Below, piece after piece: positions 1 to 14,480 of a stretch of DNA of 64,000 nt. Made by a program: the position numbers and the translations under genes. How positions within the stretch are numbered: the stretch's first letter is position 1; every line of letters starts with the position of its first letter. The stretch lies in NCBI GenBank assembly GCA_002269645.1, contig NIVC01000181.1, forward strand, positions 733,114 to 797,113, given 5' to 3'. The notes under the pieces are model-generated. The model did no database searches, had not been told where the DNA came from, and saw only the letters and a program-made list of their open reading frames with translations. Source of the DNA: Macrostomum lignano. Its lineage: Eukaryota.

Positions 1-235
1 TCTATTTGTTTTGGCTCCGCCTGTGTCTGCACTTTCTTAACAAATCTTTGGGATCGAAGTTGTAGCTCGTAAAGGAGAAAACTAGAAAGTTGCGGCACAC
101 AAGATGCAGGCCTGTCCTTGCTGGGGAAACTGGCAATAGCGTTTCGACAGTTTTTCCTTAAGTCTACTTTCTTTCTGACTTAAATTTTGTCTGTTTATGC
201 TTTTAGGCTTGCTCATACTGCCACCAGCTTGAGCG

Positions 236-877
<642 letters not shown>

Positions 878-2039
878 GTGTGGTACAGTAGCTGTGGTAC
901 AGAATCGGTTATTTCGGCTCCACAAGAGCTGAGTGAGGCAGTTCACTGGAAAAACCGGAGCGCTGACAGCTGAAATTAGAAACCCGGCAAGCGGGAAATG
1001 TGCCAAGCAAGCGTTTCCTCCATCAAGAGTCCTTTCCTTGCATCCGAAATCTCCCAGTTAGCCCCAGGCCGTGAGGAATAAAAATCAGCAAATATCTCAA
1101 GCTTGAGCTGAGCAGATCAGCTGACAACAAAAAGCGCAGAATCCCCGGCCCAGTTCTCAGCTCCATAGGCGGAACAATCGTCCATTGAGCAATTGGCACT
1201 GAGCCGCCATACGAATCCAGTCTTGCCCGCCCCTGCCTACTGATGCGAACCTTCATCACTAAGAGTTCGTGCTAGCAACAATCGCGCGATGTGGGATCTA
1301 CGGGATCTCCTTCAAAATTGATTTATCCCAAGCTTTATAAACTAATCTCCCCATAACCACTAAAGACTAGATTTCCGCGAAATCAACTCGCAGATGATTC
1401 GTTTCTCCCATTCACGTGCCGCCCTGACAACCCAGTGGGGGGATCGTGTGGAAAATCTTCAGAGAGAATCGCTCTTTTCTGCTTCCTCACAATCTCACTT
1501 TATTTATTCTTCCTCGTCAACAGTAGGAGCCGGGCGAACGGGAAATTCAATAAATTAGCAGGAATTTCTGCTGTTAGCAAGACTTGCCCGTCTGCACTGT
1601 ACGTTTGGGACCGGGTGAGGCCTCCAATGTTTTGATGTCTGGCCCTACCGACCGTCTCTGGTTGTTTATCTGACTCATGGTTCTCATTTTCAATCTCCTT
1701 TCCCTTCTATGCTCATCTACTAGACCACTGCTTATTTGTGACATTAGTTCGAAGCTTACTCTCGACAGTTTTATTTTACTCGAAGGTCACTGCAGTGAAT
1801 TCGAAGGTCACATTGAGAGGGTGCCATTGTGCAGCTGTTATCTCCCTTTTATTTCTTCTGTTCTCTTCTCTTCATCTGCCGCTGTACAATGCGTGGCGAT
1901 GTTTTACGTCACAGCTCTCCAGCTGAAGGTTTTCTCGTTCTTTAGTAGTTTTCTTCCGCGACAGAATTGTTTATAAGCTGGTGTGCAGAGAATCTTGAAG
2001 ATTTATGTACGAATTGGGATCTACTGGTTGAAAGCAAGA

Positions 2040-2797
2040 GAGATCAGAGAGATGAGAGATGGGAGATCTGACAGAGGGGGTCAGGGGGAGATCAGACAGA
2101 GGGGGTCAGGGGGATCAGACAGAGGGGGTCAGGGGGGAGATCAGACAGGAGGATCAGGGGGAGATCATACAGAGGAGGATCAGGGGGGAGATCTGACAGA
2201 GGGGGTCAGAAGAGGGTCGGAGGGAGGCGTCAGAGGGGGGTCAGGGGGGAGATCAGACAGGAGGATCAGGGGGAGATCATACAGAGGAGGATCAGGGGGG
2301 AGATCTGACAGAGGGGGTCAGAAGAGGGTCGGAGGGAGGCGTCAGAGGGGGTCAGGGAGGAGATCAGACAGAGGGGGGTCAGGGGGAGATCAGACAGAGG
2401 GGGTCAGGGGGGAGATCAGACAGAGGGGGGTCAGGGAGAGATCAGACAGAGGGGGGTCAGGGAGAGATCAGACAGAGGGGGGTCAGGGGGGAGATCAGAC
2501 AGAGGGGGGTCAGGGAGAGATCAGACAGAGGGGGGTCAGGGAGAGATCAGACAGAGGGGGTCAGGGGGAGATCAGACAGAGGGGGTCAGGGGGAGATCAG
2601 ACAGAGGGGGTCAGGGGGGAGATCAGACAGAGGGGGGTCAGGGAGAGATCAGACAGAGGGGGTCAGGGGGAGATCAGACAGAGGGGGGTCAGGGGGGAGA
2701 TCAGACAGAGGGGGTCAGGGGGGAGATCAGACAGAGGGGGGTCAGGGGGAGATCAGACAGAGGAGGATTAGGGGGAGATCAGACAGAGGGGGTCAGG
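2040..2797. repeat. G-rich minisatellite, ~25-27 bp unit GGGGGAGATCAGACAGAGGGGGTCA with variable G-runs
   Basis: Directly visible tandem array. Confidence 0.95.
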
Positions 2798-3591
2798 CAT
2801 TGTTCAGAGGCAAAGACTGCAGACTCAGACTGCAATAGATTGTCAAATACTATCAAATGTGAGCGCTATTGAAGGAGCATCATGCAGAGGCCTCTGTCTC
2901 ATGGCTCCTTTCCACAGCTCCCCCCTGCGCTGTCAGGAAGCCGAGAGAAGAAACAGGAAACGGCAAGCCTCAGCCCCATGCCTCTCCGCACTATCACTCT
3001 CTCAAACTCAAATAGCTGTCAGCCTGAGCTCAAAACCCCCGACTGGCTTTTCCTCTCAATAGCTCAGCATCCTGACTGATGCGGCCAGAGTTCCCGACTC
3101 TATATTTTTAGTTGAGTTTTATAATGTCAATAAAAGTGCGCCATAGCTGTTGACAGTGATAATTTGGGCACAATAGTTACAGTGCCAGTGATAAACATTA
3201 TTGCCAGGCTTTCATTATTACGAGCGTGTTACAGATTTAATTTGGTAGAATTTTACTTTACATATTAACTGGCCATAGTTTCAGCTTGAGTACATGGAGC
3301 TTTTACCATAGACAAAACTCCTTCGAGAAAAACGAAGCAAATTTCGCTTGAACTTCCACCTCACTTTTCCAAGTGCCCAGGCTTGGAAAAATGAAACAGT
3401 ATCGCATCGGATTGAAAAGCGCAAGTTTAAAAATTATTCAAACAAAAAGCGAGACTTTGTGAGGGACTGGGAGGGTAAACAAGTCGAAGCTGGGTGGGAG
3501 AAAAGCGCACAACAATCTTGAGTTATTACGAGTATTTTCAAGACAGGACTACTCCAGACTGGCTAATAAAGGCCAATACAGATGAGGGGCT

Positions 3592-4800
3592 GTCTGGTTG
3601 CCATGTGATGCTTGGTTGCCATGTGATGCTTGGTTGCCATGTGATGCTTGGTTGCTATGTGATGCTTGGTTGCTATGTGATGCTTGGTTGTTATGGGATG
3701 CTTGGTTGCCATGGGATGCTTGGTTGCTATGTGATTGGTTGCCATGTGATGCTTGGTTGCCATGTGATGCTTGGTTGGTTGCCATGTGATGCTTAGTTGC
3801 CATGTGATGCTTGGTTGCCATGTGATGTTTGGTTGCCATGTGATGCTTGGTTGCTATGTGATGCTTGGTTGCTATGTGATGCTTGGTTGCTATGTGATGC
3901 TTGGTTGCCATGTGATGCTTGTTTGCCATGTGATACTTGGTTGCCATGTGATGCTTGGTTGCCTTGTGATGCTTGGTTGCTCTGTGATGCTTGGTTGCTA
4001 TATCACTGGTTGCTATGTGATGCTTAGTGGCTATGTGATGCTTGGTTGCCATGTGATGCTTGGTTGCTATGTGATGTTTGGTTGCCATGTAATGCTTGGT
4101 TGCTATGTGATGCTTAGTGGCTATGTGATGTTTGGTTGCCATGTGATGCTTGGTTGCTCTGTGATGCTTGGTTGCTATGTGATGCTTGGTTGTTATGTGA
4201 TGCTTGGTTGCTCTATCACTGGTTGCTATGTGATGCTTAGTTGCTATGTGATGCTTAGTTGCCATGCGATACTTGGTTGCTATGTGATGCTTGGTTGCCA
4301 TGTGATGTTTAGTTGCTATGTGATGCTTGGTTGGTTGCCATGTGATGCTTAGTTGCTATGTGATGCTTGGTTGCTATGTGATGCTTGGTTGCCATGTGAT
4401 GCTTGGTTGGTTGCCATGTGATGCTTGGTTGCCATGTGATGCTTGGTTGCCATGTGATGCTTGGTTTCTATGTGATGTTTGGTTGCTATGTGATGCTTGG
4501 TTGCCATGTGATGCTTGATTGCTATGTGATGTTTGGTTGCCATGTGATGTTTGGTTGCTATGTGATGCTTAGTTGCTATGTGATGCTTGGTTGACATGTG
4601 ATGCTTGGTTGCTATGGGATGCTGCTATGTGATGTTTGGTTGCCATGTGATGCTTGTTTGCCATGTGATGTTTGGTTGCTATGTGATGCTTGGTTGCTAT
4701 GTGATGCTTGGTTGCTATGTGATGTTTGGTTTCCATGTGATGCTTGGTTGCTATGTGATGTTTGGTTGCCATGTGATGCTTGGTTGCTATGTGATGCCTG
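3592..4800. repeat. 18-bp minisatellite TGTGATGCTTGGTTGCCA
   Basis: Tandem array; 6-aa periodicity in several ORF frames. Confidence 0.97.
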
Positions 4801-5319
4801 GTCTCAAGGCCGGTTCACATTAAAGTAGTAGTCTGATCTCCGAAGATAGCTAAAATCAATTTTACAACATACTCGTACAAAATCAACGTTTACATTGATT
4901 TGAACAATCTTCAGCCCGCGGAGCTACTGTCGGAAATGCGAACCGGCCTTCAAAAGCATTACGCCGGGATAGGAATTCTTGAATTGACTTATTAGCACAA
5001 AATTGGTTATTTATCACTAGGGGTTTAACAGGTTTGTCCATTTTGACGCTTGAAAGAAATGCTACTGTAGACAGGCGAAATCCAAGCAAAATTGCGGACT
5101 CTTCCCATCTCTCAACTGTTAACACACAGCACCCTTGTTCTTCCCGTCTCCAATGGTATTTTTTCAAACAGTTATTCGGAACATTGGTGAAAATGGAATA
5201 ATATCTCATGGAGTTGCAGTGTCACCGATTTACTACCAGCCGTTCTTGATGGGACACATGGTGAAGGGGGTCTGGGGAGGCGGGAAGAGGGGTCAGGGGT
5301 CAGAGGCCCAGCCGCGGCT

Positions 5320-5739
5320 TCAGTGCCGGCCGTGAGTCAGCTTCACGCACTGCTCCCCACTCGCCGCCACGGGCCTGTAGGCCACCTGCGGCGAGCAACC
5401 GGTGCCCACAACGCCGATGCCGCCGCCGCCGCCGCCGCCGATTCCAGCAGCGCCGGTTCCGTCGCCGCCGCGGAAGCACTGCACAATGCGCCGGCGCCGA
5501 TGGAAACAGAACAGGAGCAGCAGGAGGGCCACTGACAGCGGCACGATCACGAAGTAGTAGCTGTGAATCGGCTTTGGGTCCCTGCGATGCGCGTCTTCGT
5601 CCTTGTCGCCAAGCGGAGGCTGCGGCCGATTTGTCATTGTCGAGTTGCCCGACGAAGCAGGCGCAGCAGCGACAGCCGCCAGTGAGGCAGCCAGCCCGAC
5701 AGCAGTGGCTGTCAGGGCAGCGTGCAGGTGTTGCCGCAT
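5320..5739 (-). CDS. Orphan small type-I membrane protein (~139 aa)
   Basis: ATG at 5739 followed by a signal-like segment MRQHLHAALTATAVGLAASLAAVAAAPA, an NST sequon, one TM YYFVIVPLSVALLLLLFCF, the stop-transfer HRRRR, a Gly-rich tail and TGA at 5320. GC-rich like the other exons. No family recognised. Confidence 0.65.
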   Translation of the reverse strand: MRQHLHAALTATAVGLAASLAAVAAAPASSGNSTMTNRPQPPLGDKDEDAHRRDPKPIHSYYFVIVPLSVALLLLLFCFHRRRRIVQCFRGGDGTGAAGIGGGGGGGIGVVGTGCSPQVAYRPVAASGEQCVKLTHGRH

Positions 5740-6904
5740 TGCCCCTCTGCTGCGCTTATTGCTCAACTCGCTCAACCCGAGCCGGAACAGACTGAGCGGC
5801 AAACAGTAGTGAGAAGGCGGCAAAGAGCCGGGAGCCGAGCTTTGAAGGTTAGGGACAAAAAAGAATTGCGGGATTGCTGCTTCTGCTAGAGTGCCGCCCT
5901 ACTCTTCTCTCTCTGACTGTCTGTTCTGTCTTCCCCCGTTGTGCCCTGCAAGCACTACTTGGAATCCTTAATCCATTTTTCTCCCCACCCCACATCCTCC
6001 GCCGCCTCCCCCTACGCTGGGAAGAGCTTCGGCCAACAACCTTATCCCATCTCGTCTTTACTGCGTTCCCTCTCATCGCTTCGCTCTTTCCTCCCAAGCC
6101 AGTCTCCGGTCGCTCACAGCTCCCATCCATGCAGCTAGCTGCTACTAAGGGGATCGTACACAGGGCCGAGCCGACTATATCGCTCCAATCGGAGCCTTGA
6201 ATGATGAAGCTAGCGCTGCTGCTGTTGCAATGGGTGAGGTCTTAGGCAGGGGAACCAAGAAGAGATTGGAAGCCGCACAAACGGGGCCTTGGCTGGCATC
6301 AACAGGGCACTCCGGACAGGGCAGGCGGGGCCGAGTGATCTGAGCTGCCTTGGCCAGAGAGACTATGGCCAAGAATGGAGCTGCGAGCTGGGAAGAGAAT
6401 GGGGTCATGCACAGCCGAGGAGGAGAATTGAGTAAAGCTTGTGGTTGCGCTTAGTACTTGTACATGTAAAATGTAAAATGCCCCACCTCTCTGGCTAGAG
6501 AGGGGAGAGTGATTAAACATTGGAGCTGGGAGTTTGCACTAGGTTTGCTCCAGGCTCTCAGCTCCATCCTCAGCCGATGCCGCAAGCAGAAGCAGGTTTT
6601 CTATCAGCGGGACATGTCAAGTCAATGGACCCTTCTAAGAAGGCAAACATTTGCGGAAGCAATGGAACGGTTCCGTGCCGGTTTTTGAGGAGTCCATCAA
6701 TCAAATACTCGTGTAGCATTATTAGTAACAACGTGCAAGGCTGCATTAAATACAAACTAATTAATTTCAATTAATTGCATCTTCGGAGACGAAATTTTAG
6801 ATGAGTGATCGGTGACTTATTTCGTATTTTTTATAAATAGCCGTTCTTAAGATTTTAGCAGGAGGAACGAAAGAGCTTAATTAATGCGTTCTCGCTGAGC
6901 GTCT

Positions 6905-7620
6905 CACTAAGCAGATCAAGAAGCTTAACGTGCTTTCACTGAGCAGCTCTTTAAGCATCATATTAAGGAGCTTAACGTGCCCTCAATGAGCAGCTCTCTA
7001 AGCAGATCGAGAAGCTTAACGTGCTTTCAATGAGCAGCTCTCTACGCAGATCGAGAAGCTTAGCGTGCTCTCAATGAGCATCTCTCTACGCAGATCGAGA
7101 AGCTTAATGTGCTCTCAATGAGCAGCTCTCTACGCAGATCGAGAAGCTTAGCGTGCTCTCAATGAGCATCTCTCTACGCAGATCGAGAAGCTTAATGTGC
7201 TCTCACTGAGCAGCTCTCTAAGTAAATCGAGAAGCTTAACGTGCTCTCAATGAGCATCTCTCTACGCAGATCGAGAAGCTTAATGTGCTCTCAATGAGCA
7301 GCTCTCTAAGCAGATCGAGAAGCTTAGCGTGCTCTCACTGAGCAGCTCTCTAAGCAAATCGAGAAGCTTAACGTGCTCTCAATGAGCAGCTCTCTAAGCA
7401 AATCGAGAAGCTTAGCGTGCTCTCACTGAGCAGCTCTCTAAGCAGATCGAGAAGCTTAACGTGCTCTCAATGAGCAGCTCTCTAAGCAGATTAAAAAGCT
7501 TAACATGCTCTTAATGAGCAGCTCTCTAAGCAGATAAATGAGCTTAACGTGCTCTTAATGAGCAGCTCTCCAAGCAAATTGAGAAGCTTAACGTGCTCTC
7601 AATGAGCAACTCTCTAAGTC
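6905..7620. repeat. 44-bp minisatellite GAGAAGCTTAACGTGCTCTCAATGAGCAGCTCTCTAAGCAGATC
   Basis: Directly visible tandem array. Confidence 0.95.
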
Positions 7621-8929
7621 CTCTGGAGTGATTCCTGTTGGAAGAAGCACGCGACAGGAGGAAGGCGACACGAAGTGTATGCACTTTACTTTTTCAAGTC
7701 CTACGGTCCATCAACTTCGAAAAAAGTTGTCGCAGACGGAGGACCGCACCAACGATTCTGTTATAACTAGACGTTGACTGTTACAAGTTAGTTCGCCTAC
7801 ACAGCGGACATCAACAAGGCAAGCTAGAATTCTAGTCAGAAAGGGTAAAGAAAGACGGCAAAGCCAGTTGTCCAGCGTCAAAAGCGCACGGTCCGATAGT
7901 CCCAACTCTGATCGCCGGAGTAGCCAAGTTGCAGCCAGGAAAGCAGAGAGGAGGCGGGCAGACAGGCATCGATCTTCGCCGGAGGCCTCCTCCCTTGCTT
8001 GCGTCGCAGTCCGGTCTCTCAGCACTCACTCAGCGAGAGAGAGAGAGAGAAATTCCAAATAAATAGATTTCGGCCAGTCCGGCTTATTTTCCCTAATTTA
8101 ACTTGCAGTGCCAAAGAACGCCTGCGAGAGCTAAAGAGTGCTAAAGACAAAAGTCTTTAGTCAAGCCACGGAGCTCTAAAAAAAGAGTGCCAGGAGTGGA
8201 AAAGTGGCTAGCTGGCAATAAACCGACACAGTGAAACTCGGAAAAATCAAATGCCAAAGACCTTTTACAGAAGACCCATTCTTAAGCAAGAGAGGCTTGG
8301 AAATCTTTTATAAGCCTATTATAAGTTTGGAATCTGAAGTTTGTCCAGTCAGTCAGACCGGCTCACAAATGAATATGGCTGGGCACGGCATCAAATCAGG
8401 GGTCGCGGCCGAAGAGTCTGACGCGTTCACTGCGGAGCTGCTGCGCCCCTTCCCTTTGAGACAAACAGGGAAAAGTGAAATTCACCGCACCCTGTCGCTC
8501 ATTGATTATGAAAACTGGCTGGCAGCAGCTCAATATGAGCTACAATACGCACACATCCTGACAATCAATGAATTGTATCCGCTTGATGGCGACAAATTTG
8601 AACCGCAAATGCACGCACTGACAGTGTGAATTCTCGCTTAGTTTATATATTTAAATTATTATCAATATTAGTATTTTAAGTTGATAAACTAGCCAATTTT
8701 ATAATTACATGTATTACCCATAATTGGACCAGTTTTTTATTACTAAATTAAAAAACCGTCTTTGATGTCCTCGCATGACAGACAGCTAAACTGCATGCAA
8801 TTCAAATTCTCAAACAGTAAAGTTTTAAAACTTTGTCGAGCCCGACAAATGATGCGAATTGTGTAAAACTGGCAGAAAGTGAAGTTGGGAAATATAGAGG
8901 ACCTTGAACAAATGAAGAGAAAAATAGAT

Positions 8930-9860
8930 AGGGTGGGAATGAGATGGGAGGAGGTGAGAAGGAGATGGGAGAGGAAAGGAAGGAGATGGGAGAGGGTGAG
9001 ATGAGATGAGATAGGGTGAGAAGTAGATGGGAGAGAGTGGGAATGAGGTGGGAGAGGGTGAGAAGGAGATGGGAGGGGTGGGAATGAGATGGGAGGGGTG
9101 GGAATGAGATGGGAGGGGTGGGAATGAGATGGGAGAGGGTGGGAAGGAGATGGGAGGGGTGGGAATGAGATGGGAGAGGGTGGGAATGAGGTGGGAGAGG
9201 GTGGGAATGAGATGGGAGGGGTGGGAATGAGATGGGAGAGGGAAGGAATGAGATGGGAGAGGGTGGGAATGAGATGGGAGAGGGTGGGAATGAGATGGGA
9301 GAGGGTGAGAAGGAGATGGGAGGGGTGGGAATGAGATGGGAGAGGGTGGGAATGAGATGGGAGGGGGTGAGAAGGAGATGGGAGAGGGAAGGAATGAGAT
9401 GGGAGAGGGTGGGAATGAGATGGGAGAGGGTGGGAATGAGATGGGAGAGGGTGAGAAGTAGATGGGAGAGGGTGATAATGAGATGGGAGGGGTGGGAATG
9501 AGATGGGAGAGGGTGGGAATGAGATGGGAGGGGGTGAGAAGGAGATGGGAGAGGGAAGGAATGAGATGGGAGAGGGTGGGAATGAGATGGGAGAGGGTGG
9601 GAATGAGGTGGGAGGGGTGGGAATGAGGTGGGAGGGGTGGGAATGAGATGGGAGGGGTGGGAATGAGATGGGAGAGGGTGGGAATGAGATGGGAGGGGGT
9701 GAGAAGGAGATGGGAGAGGGAAGGAATGAGATGGGAGAGGGTGGGAATGAGATGGGAGAGGGTGGGAATGAGGTGGGAGGGGTGGGAATGAGGTGGGAGG
9801 GGTGGGAATGAGATGGGAGGGGTGGGAATGAGGTGGGAGAGGGTGATAAGGAGATGGAAG
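8930..9860. repeat. 20-21 bp purine-rich minisatellite GAGATGGGAGAGGGTGGGAAT
   Basis: Directly visible tandem array. Confidence 0.96.
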
Positions 9861-10331
9861 ATGGCTGGAAGAGAGACTATAAAGAGACAGAGCAGCAGAG
9901 ACGCGCGCATGATGTAACGAAAAAGTAAAAAAAAGCAGTAAACGCACACAAAGGTCGCGCTTACAAACGCAAACCCTCATTATACTACTCAGTTAGAATT
10001 TAAACGAGGAAAAAACGCAAGTTTAAAAAATACAGAGACAGACCGGCAGACACGACAGGAATCGGTTTAATACACAAATTTACACGCACAAAGATAGATA
10101 GACAGAGTGCCACCGAGACAAGAGAGCATTAATAAGCGGGTGGAGAGGATTGCTGCCTAGTGTTAGACCAGATGGAACTAGCGAAGTCTATAGACAACGG
10201 GCACAGTGGGAATATAACTTGAATTGAAACTTGGTTATAAATAGCAATGGTCGTCGGGAAAGGCCGGGAAAGAGAGCATAAGAGGGTTTTTCAATACATA
10301 AACTTGAAAAGTCATATATTAGCTGATTGGT

Positions 10332-13300
10332 TCAGTCCAGCAGCACAATGTCAGGCTCCTGGGATGAAGCCCCGTCAGCCGATTTTGGCGCCGCCACAAT
10401 CTCTAGCTCGTCATCGTCGTCAGCCTCGTCGAGCAGCCGGGCTTTCTTCGCCTCGCCAGATCCGAGCGGCCCGGATTCCACAGCTTCGGAGCGCCGCTTT
10501 CGACCGGAAGTAGCCGGCGGCGGCGCTGCGGCGGCTTCGGCGGTGGCTTGGACCGACTGCAGGTCGCCGACAATTTGAAAATCGACACCGTCGGGCAGTC
10601 GCTGCTCGGCGTCGGCCGGATCAGCTGCGGCAATAATGATTAGAAGATTGTAGCGCTGGAGAAAGTCGTCGCAGCGGAGCCGGGCGTGGTTGCCGATGCC
10701 GAAGCGGGCCAGCGGCTGCGGGTCGTTCGATTCGGTTTCGCCGGCCTCTGAGCTCACCAGAATGACGCCGCGGCCTTCGATCTCAACGTCGGGTGCCACC
10801 ATGGCCAGCTCGGCTTTCAGCACCCGGTCGCGGAGGGCGCCGACAGTCAGGATTGACGGGTCGCAGCGGAGAGTCACCTGGGCGGGAGAATAGGGACAAG
10901 AGATTGTGGTGACGCTGAATTTAGTGGATATTGAAGGTCAGTGCCTGGGAGACATCTGTGATTTGGAGACAGTGCCTGAAGGTCAGTGCCTAAGTGGACA
11001 GAGCCTGAAGGTCAGTGCCTAAGGTGACAGAGCCTGAAGGTCAGTACCTGTGGGGACAGTGCCTGAAGGTCAGTGCCTGTGGGAACAGTGCCTGAGGTCT
11101 GAAAGTCAGTGACTGGGAAACAATGCCTGTGCCCTGAAGGTCAGTACCTGTGGGGACAGTGCCTGAAGGTCAGTGCCTGTGGGGACAGTGCCTGAAGGTC
11201 AGTGCCTGTGGGGACAGTGCCTGAGGTCTGAAAGTCAGTGACTGGGAAACAATGCCTGAAGCCCTGAAGGTCAGTGATTAGGAGCTTGAACATCTGTGAC
11301 CAAGCTGAAGGAATGGGAGACAACTTGAATGCATTAAGCTGAAGGAGACTGACAAGGGTGAAATTGCAGCAATAAAAACAAACCTGAGGCTGCGGTGCGC
11401 ACACGTAGCACTTTGGGTTGGGCTGCGGCAGAGCGCACGGTATAATAATCCTGCCGCGCGGGTGCAGCTTCTTCTCAAGAAACACGGACCTGCATTGCTC
11501 TGGCCGGCCGTCCAGCACCTTCAAAGCCTCTAGCACAATGAGCCCGGCAATGATGGCGTTGGTGGTGGCGATGGCGGGGATGATGTTGCCAGCCATGGCC
11601 TTGACCGTGAACCGGCTGTTAGCTGTTATGCCGAAGGCGTACGCCCTCAGATTAGCGGCCGAGGCAACAAAGTCCATGGCAGCCTGGTCGTCCTTGTCGA
11701 ATACGAGATAGTCGTCCGCTGAGCTGCGTTCCGCGTAGCGACGCCTGAGCTGATCCACAGCCAAGCGGAACACGTGGCAGCACTGCGCGGCCGACCAGAC
11801 CGCGTGGTCCCGCTGGTAGCCGTCCGACTGCGGCGCCGCGTCACCCGATCCGTCCAGCTGTTCGTCGGTCAACGGCGTCGGAGCTCGCCGCCCGGGGCGC
11901 TGCCACAGCACCGACATGGTTAGCAGGTAGCGAATATCATCGGCGAATAGTTTCTTCAATAACCGGCTAGGATCGTAGCCGGTGGCCTCCGCCCAGCTGC
12001 GGGTTGTCTGCTTCTGCGACTGCTGCTCATTAGCTTGGCTGCCATTGGCAACGGCAGGCGTCGTTGACGACGAGGACGACAATTCCGGATCCTCGGTGTC
12101 CGGCGCGACATCCTGGTCGGGATCGGCTTCACCGAACAGCTGGCTAAACAGGTACTTGGCCCACACCACGCAGTGTATCGGCTCGGAGGGGGTGTTGCGA
12201 ATAGTGCAGGCCGGGTAAGACTTCTGCTTCTGCTGCTCTTTGCACTCGTAGCAGGCGGTGACGCCCTTGCGGATGACCGTCACCTTGGGTGGGGGGGGAT
12301 TAACTTACGCAGTGTACTTTTACTCGAATTAGCAAAGATAGAGAAAAAATATTAGTATTAAACATTGCCTGGGGAAACAGGGAACCCTAATAAAAAAGGA
12401 AGCTGCAAATGTAAACAAATCAGGGCGCGGACATGGGCGGAGAAAGATGGAATAGATGGACAGACCGGATGGCATACAAGGTCATGAAGAATTTGCGGGC
12501 AGCGTGGACCGCATGGCTGCTCAGCTACAGTTTGTAGAAACAGGCAGATAGACTGAGGCAATGGACAGAGGGACAGACAGAAACAAACAGATGCATGCAG
12601 CAGAAAGCCTAAAAGCAGAGAGATAGACGCACAAAGCAACGACGGGAGACCAAACAGACGAAGAACACTGTCAAAGACATACAGACTGAGAGCACACTGT
12701 CAAACAGAAATACAGATTGAGAGCAGACTGTCAAACAGAACTACAGACTGAGAGCAGACTGTCAAACAGAACTACAGACTGAGAGCAGACTGTCAAACAG
12801 AACTACAGACTGAGAGCACACTGTCAAACAGACATACAGACTGAGAGCAGACTGTCAAACAGAACTACAGACTGAGAACAGACTGTCAAACAGACATACA
12901 GACTGAGAACAGACTGTCAAACAGACATACAGACTGAGAGCAGACTGTCAAACAGACATACAGACTGAGAGCAGACTGTCAAACAGACATACAGACTGAG
13001 AGCAGACTGTCAAACAGAACTCAAACAGAACAGAACTAAGAGCTGACTGTCAAACAGGAATACAGACTGAGAGAAAAAGAGACAGGTATCTGGACAGTCA
13101 CAAACGCCAATAACAAGCGCCTCACCTGTCCCAGGTAACCGGCGGAGCCGCTCTCAACCAGCGGCACATTGGCGGCCAGACAGAGCCGGTTCACATGATT
13201 CCTGGCGGCCCGGTTGTCCAGCGCGATCAGCACGATATCAAAGCCGGAGAAGAAGTCAACGCCGTATTTCTCCTCTAGAACCGAGTCGTGATAGGCGGTG

Positions 13301-13548
13301 ATGTCGGCATCTCGGCCGTACTTCAGCACGCTCTGCTTCGCAACCAGAGCTTTAGACTGGCCGACATGTTCTTTGCGGAATAGAAACTGCCGATTCAAAT
13401 TTGACACATCGATGGTGTCCAAATCGATGATGCTAATCCGGCGAAAGCCGGAGACCACCAGATTTTTTAACAGCTCGCAGCCGATGCCGCCGGCGCCAAC
13501 CACCAGCACGCGAGATCCGGATGCCACCTCTCGGGGCGAGCGACGCAT
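10332..13548 (-). CDS. UBA2: SUMO-activating enzyme subunit 2; exons 13548-13126, 12283-11384, 10877-10332 (~622 aa)
   Basis: [31 protein letters not shown], zinc motifs CYEC and CYVC, catalytic [25 protein letters not shown]-terminal ubiquitin-fold domain, NLS-like RKRR...KKAR and SIM-like DIVLLD end. All junctions are GT-AG and in frame. The start codon (MRRSP) is the least certain part. Confidence 0.95.
10935..11275. repeat. 29-bp minisatellite GCCTGAAGGTCAGTGCCTGTGGGGACAGT in UBA2 intron 2
   Basis: Directly visible. Confidence 0.9.
12665..13075. repeat. 31-bp minisatellite CAGACTGAGAGCAGACTGTCAAACAGAACTA in UBA2 intron 1
   Basis: Directly visible. Confidence 0.92.
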
Positions 13549-13605
13549 TGCCTGCAGGTTTTTGGCGATTGGTCGGTTATGGTGCACTCTGTAGATGTGG
13601 GGCAC

Positions 13606-14480
13606 TGTCTATAGATTCTCTGGATGCGTCTGGGTAACTGTCTATAGATTCTCTGCATGCGTCTGGGTAACTGTCTATAGATTCTCTGGATGCGCCTGGG
13701 TAACTGTCTATAGATTCTCTGGATGCGTCTAGGTAACTGTCTATAGATTCTCTGGATGCGCCTGGGTAACTGTCTGTAGATTCTCTGGATGCGCCTGGGT
13801 AACTGTCTATAGATTCTCTGGATGCGCCTGGGTAACTGTCTATAGATTCTCTGGATGCGCCTGGGTAACTGTCTGTAGATTCTCTGGATGCGCCTGGGTA
13901 ACTGTCTATAGATTCTCTGGATGCGCCTGGGTAACTGTCTATAGATTCTCTGCATGCGTCTGGGTAACTGTCTATAGATTCTCTGGATGCGCCTGGGTAA
14001 CTGTCTGTAGATTCTCTGGATGCGCCTGGGTAACTGTCTATAGATTCTCTGCATGCGTCTGGGTAACTGTCTATAGATTCTCTGCATGCGTCTAGGTAAC
14101 TGTCTATAGATTCTCTGGATGCGCCTGGGTAACTGTCTATAGATTCTCTGCATGCGTCTGGGTAACTGTCTATAGATTCTCTGCATGCGTCTAGGTAACT
14201 GTCTATAGATTCTCTGGATGCGTCTGGGTAACTGTCTATAGATTCTCTGGATGCGTCTGGGTAACTGTCTATAGATTCTCTGGATGAGTCTGGGTAACTG
14301 TCTGTAGATTCTCTGGATGCGTCTGGGAAACGGTCTATAGATTCTCTGGATCTGAATGGGTAACTGTCTATAGACGCTTTAGATCTGGTTGGGTAACTGT
14401 CTATAGATTCTCTGGATCTGAATGGGTAACTGTCTATAGACGCTTTAGATCTGGTTGGGTAACTGTCTATAGATTCTCTA
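13606..14480. repeat. 33-bp minisatellite CTGTCTATAGATTCTCTGGATGCGCCTGGGTAA just upstream of UBA2
   Basis: Tandem array; 11-aa period in ORF 13467-14186. Confidence 0.97.

Noticed and set aside
1983-2771. 262-aa RG-rich ORF resembling an RGG protein
   Set aside because: Coincides with the G-rich minisatellite; starts at GTG; no splice or domain support.
3549-4830. His-rich ATKHHM ORFs suggesting a metal-binding protein
   Set aside because: 18-bp minisatellite open in several frames on both strands.
7650-8629. Ser/Arg-rich ORF 7868-8062 and 132-aa ORF 8231-8629
   Set aside because: No recognisable domain or convincing exon chain; may be fragments of an unrecognised gene but cannot be supported.
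8802-9980. 392- and 374-aa Pro/Ser/His-rich ORFs
   Set aside because: Translations of the 21-bp purine-rich minisatellite.
13467-14186. QRIYRQLPRRI repeat as a UBA2 N-terminal extension
   Set aside because: Different frame from UBA2; UBA2 is already about full length from ATG 13548.
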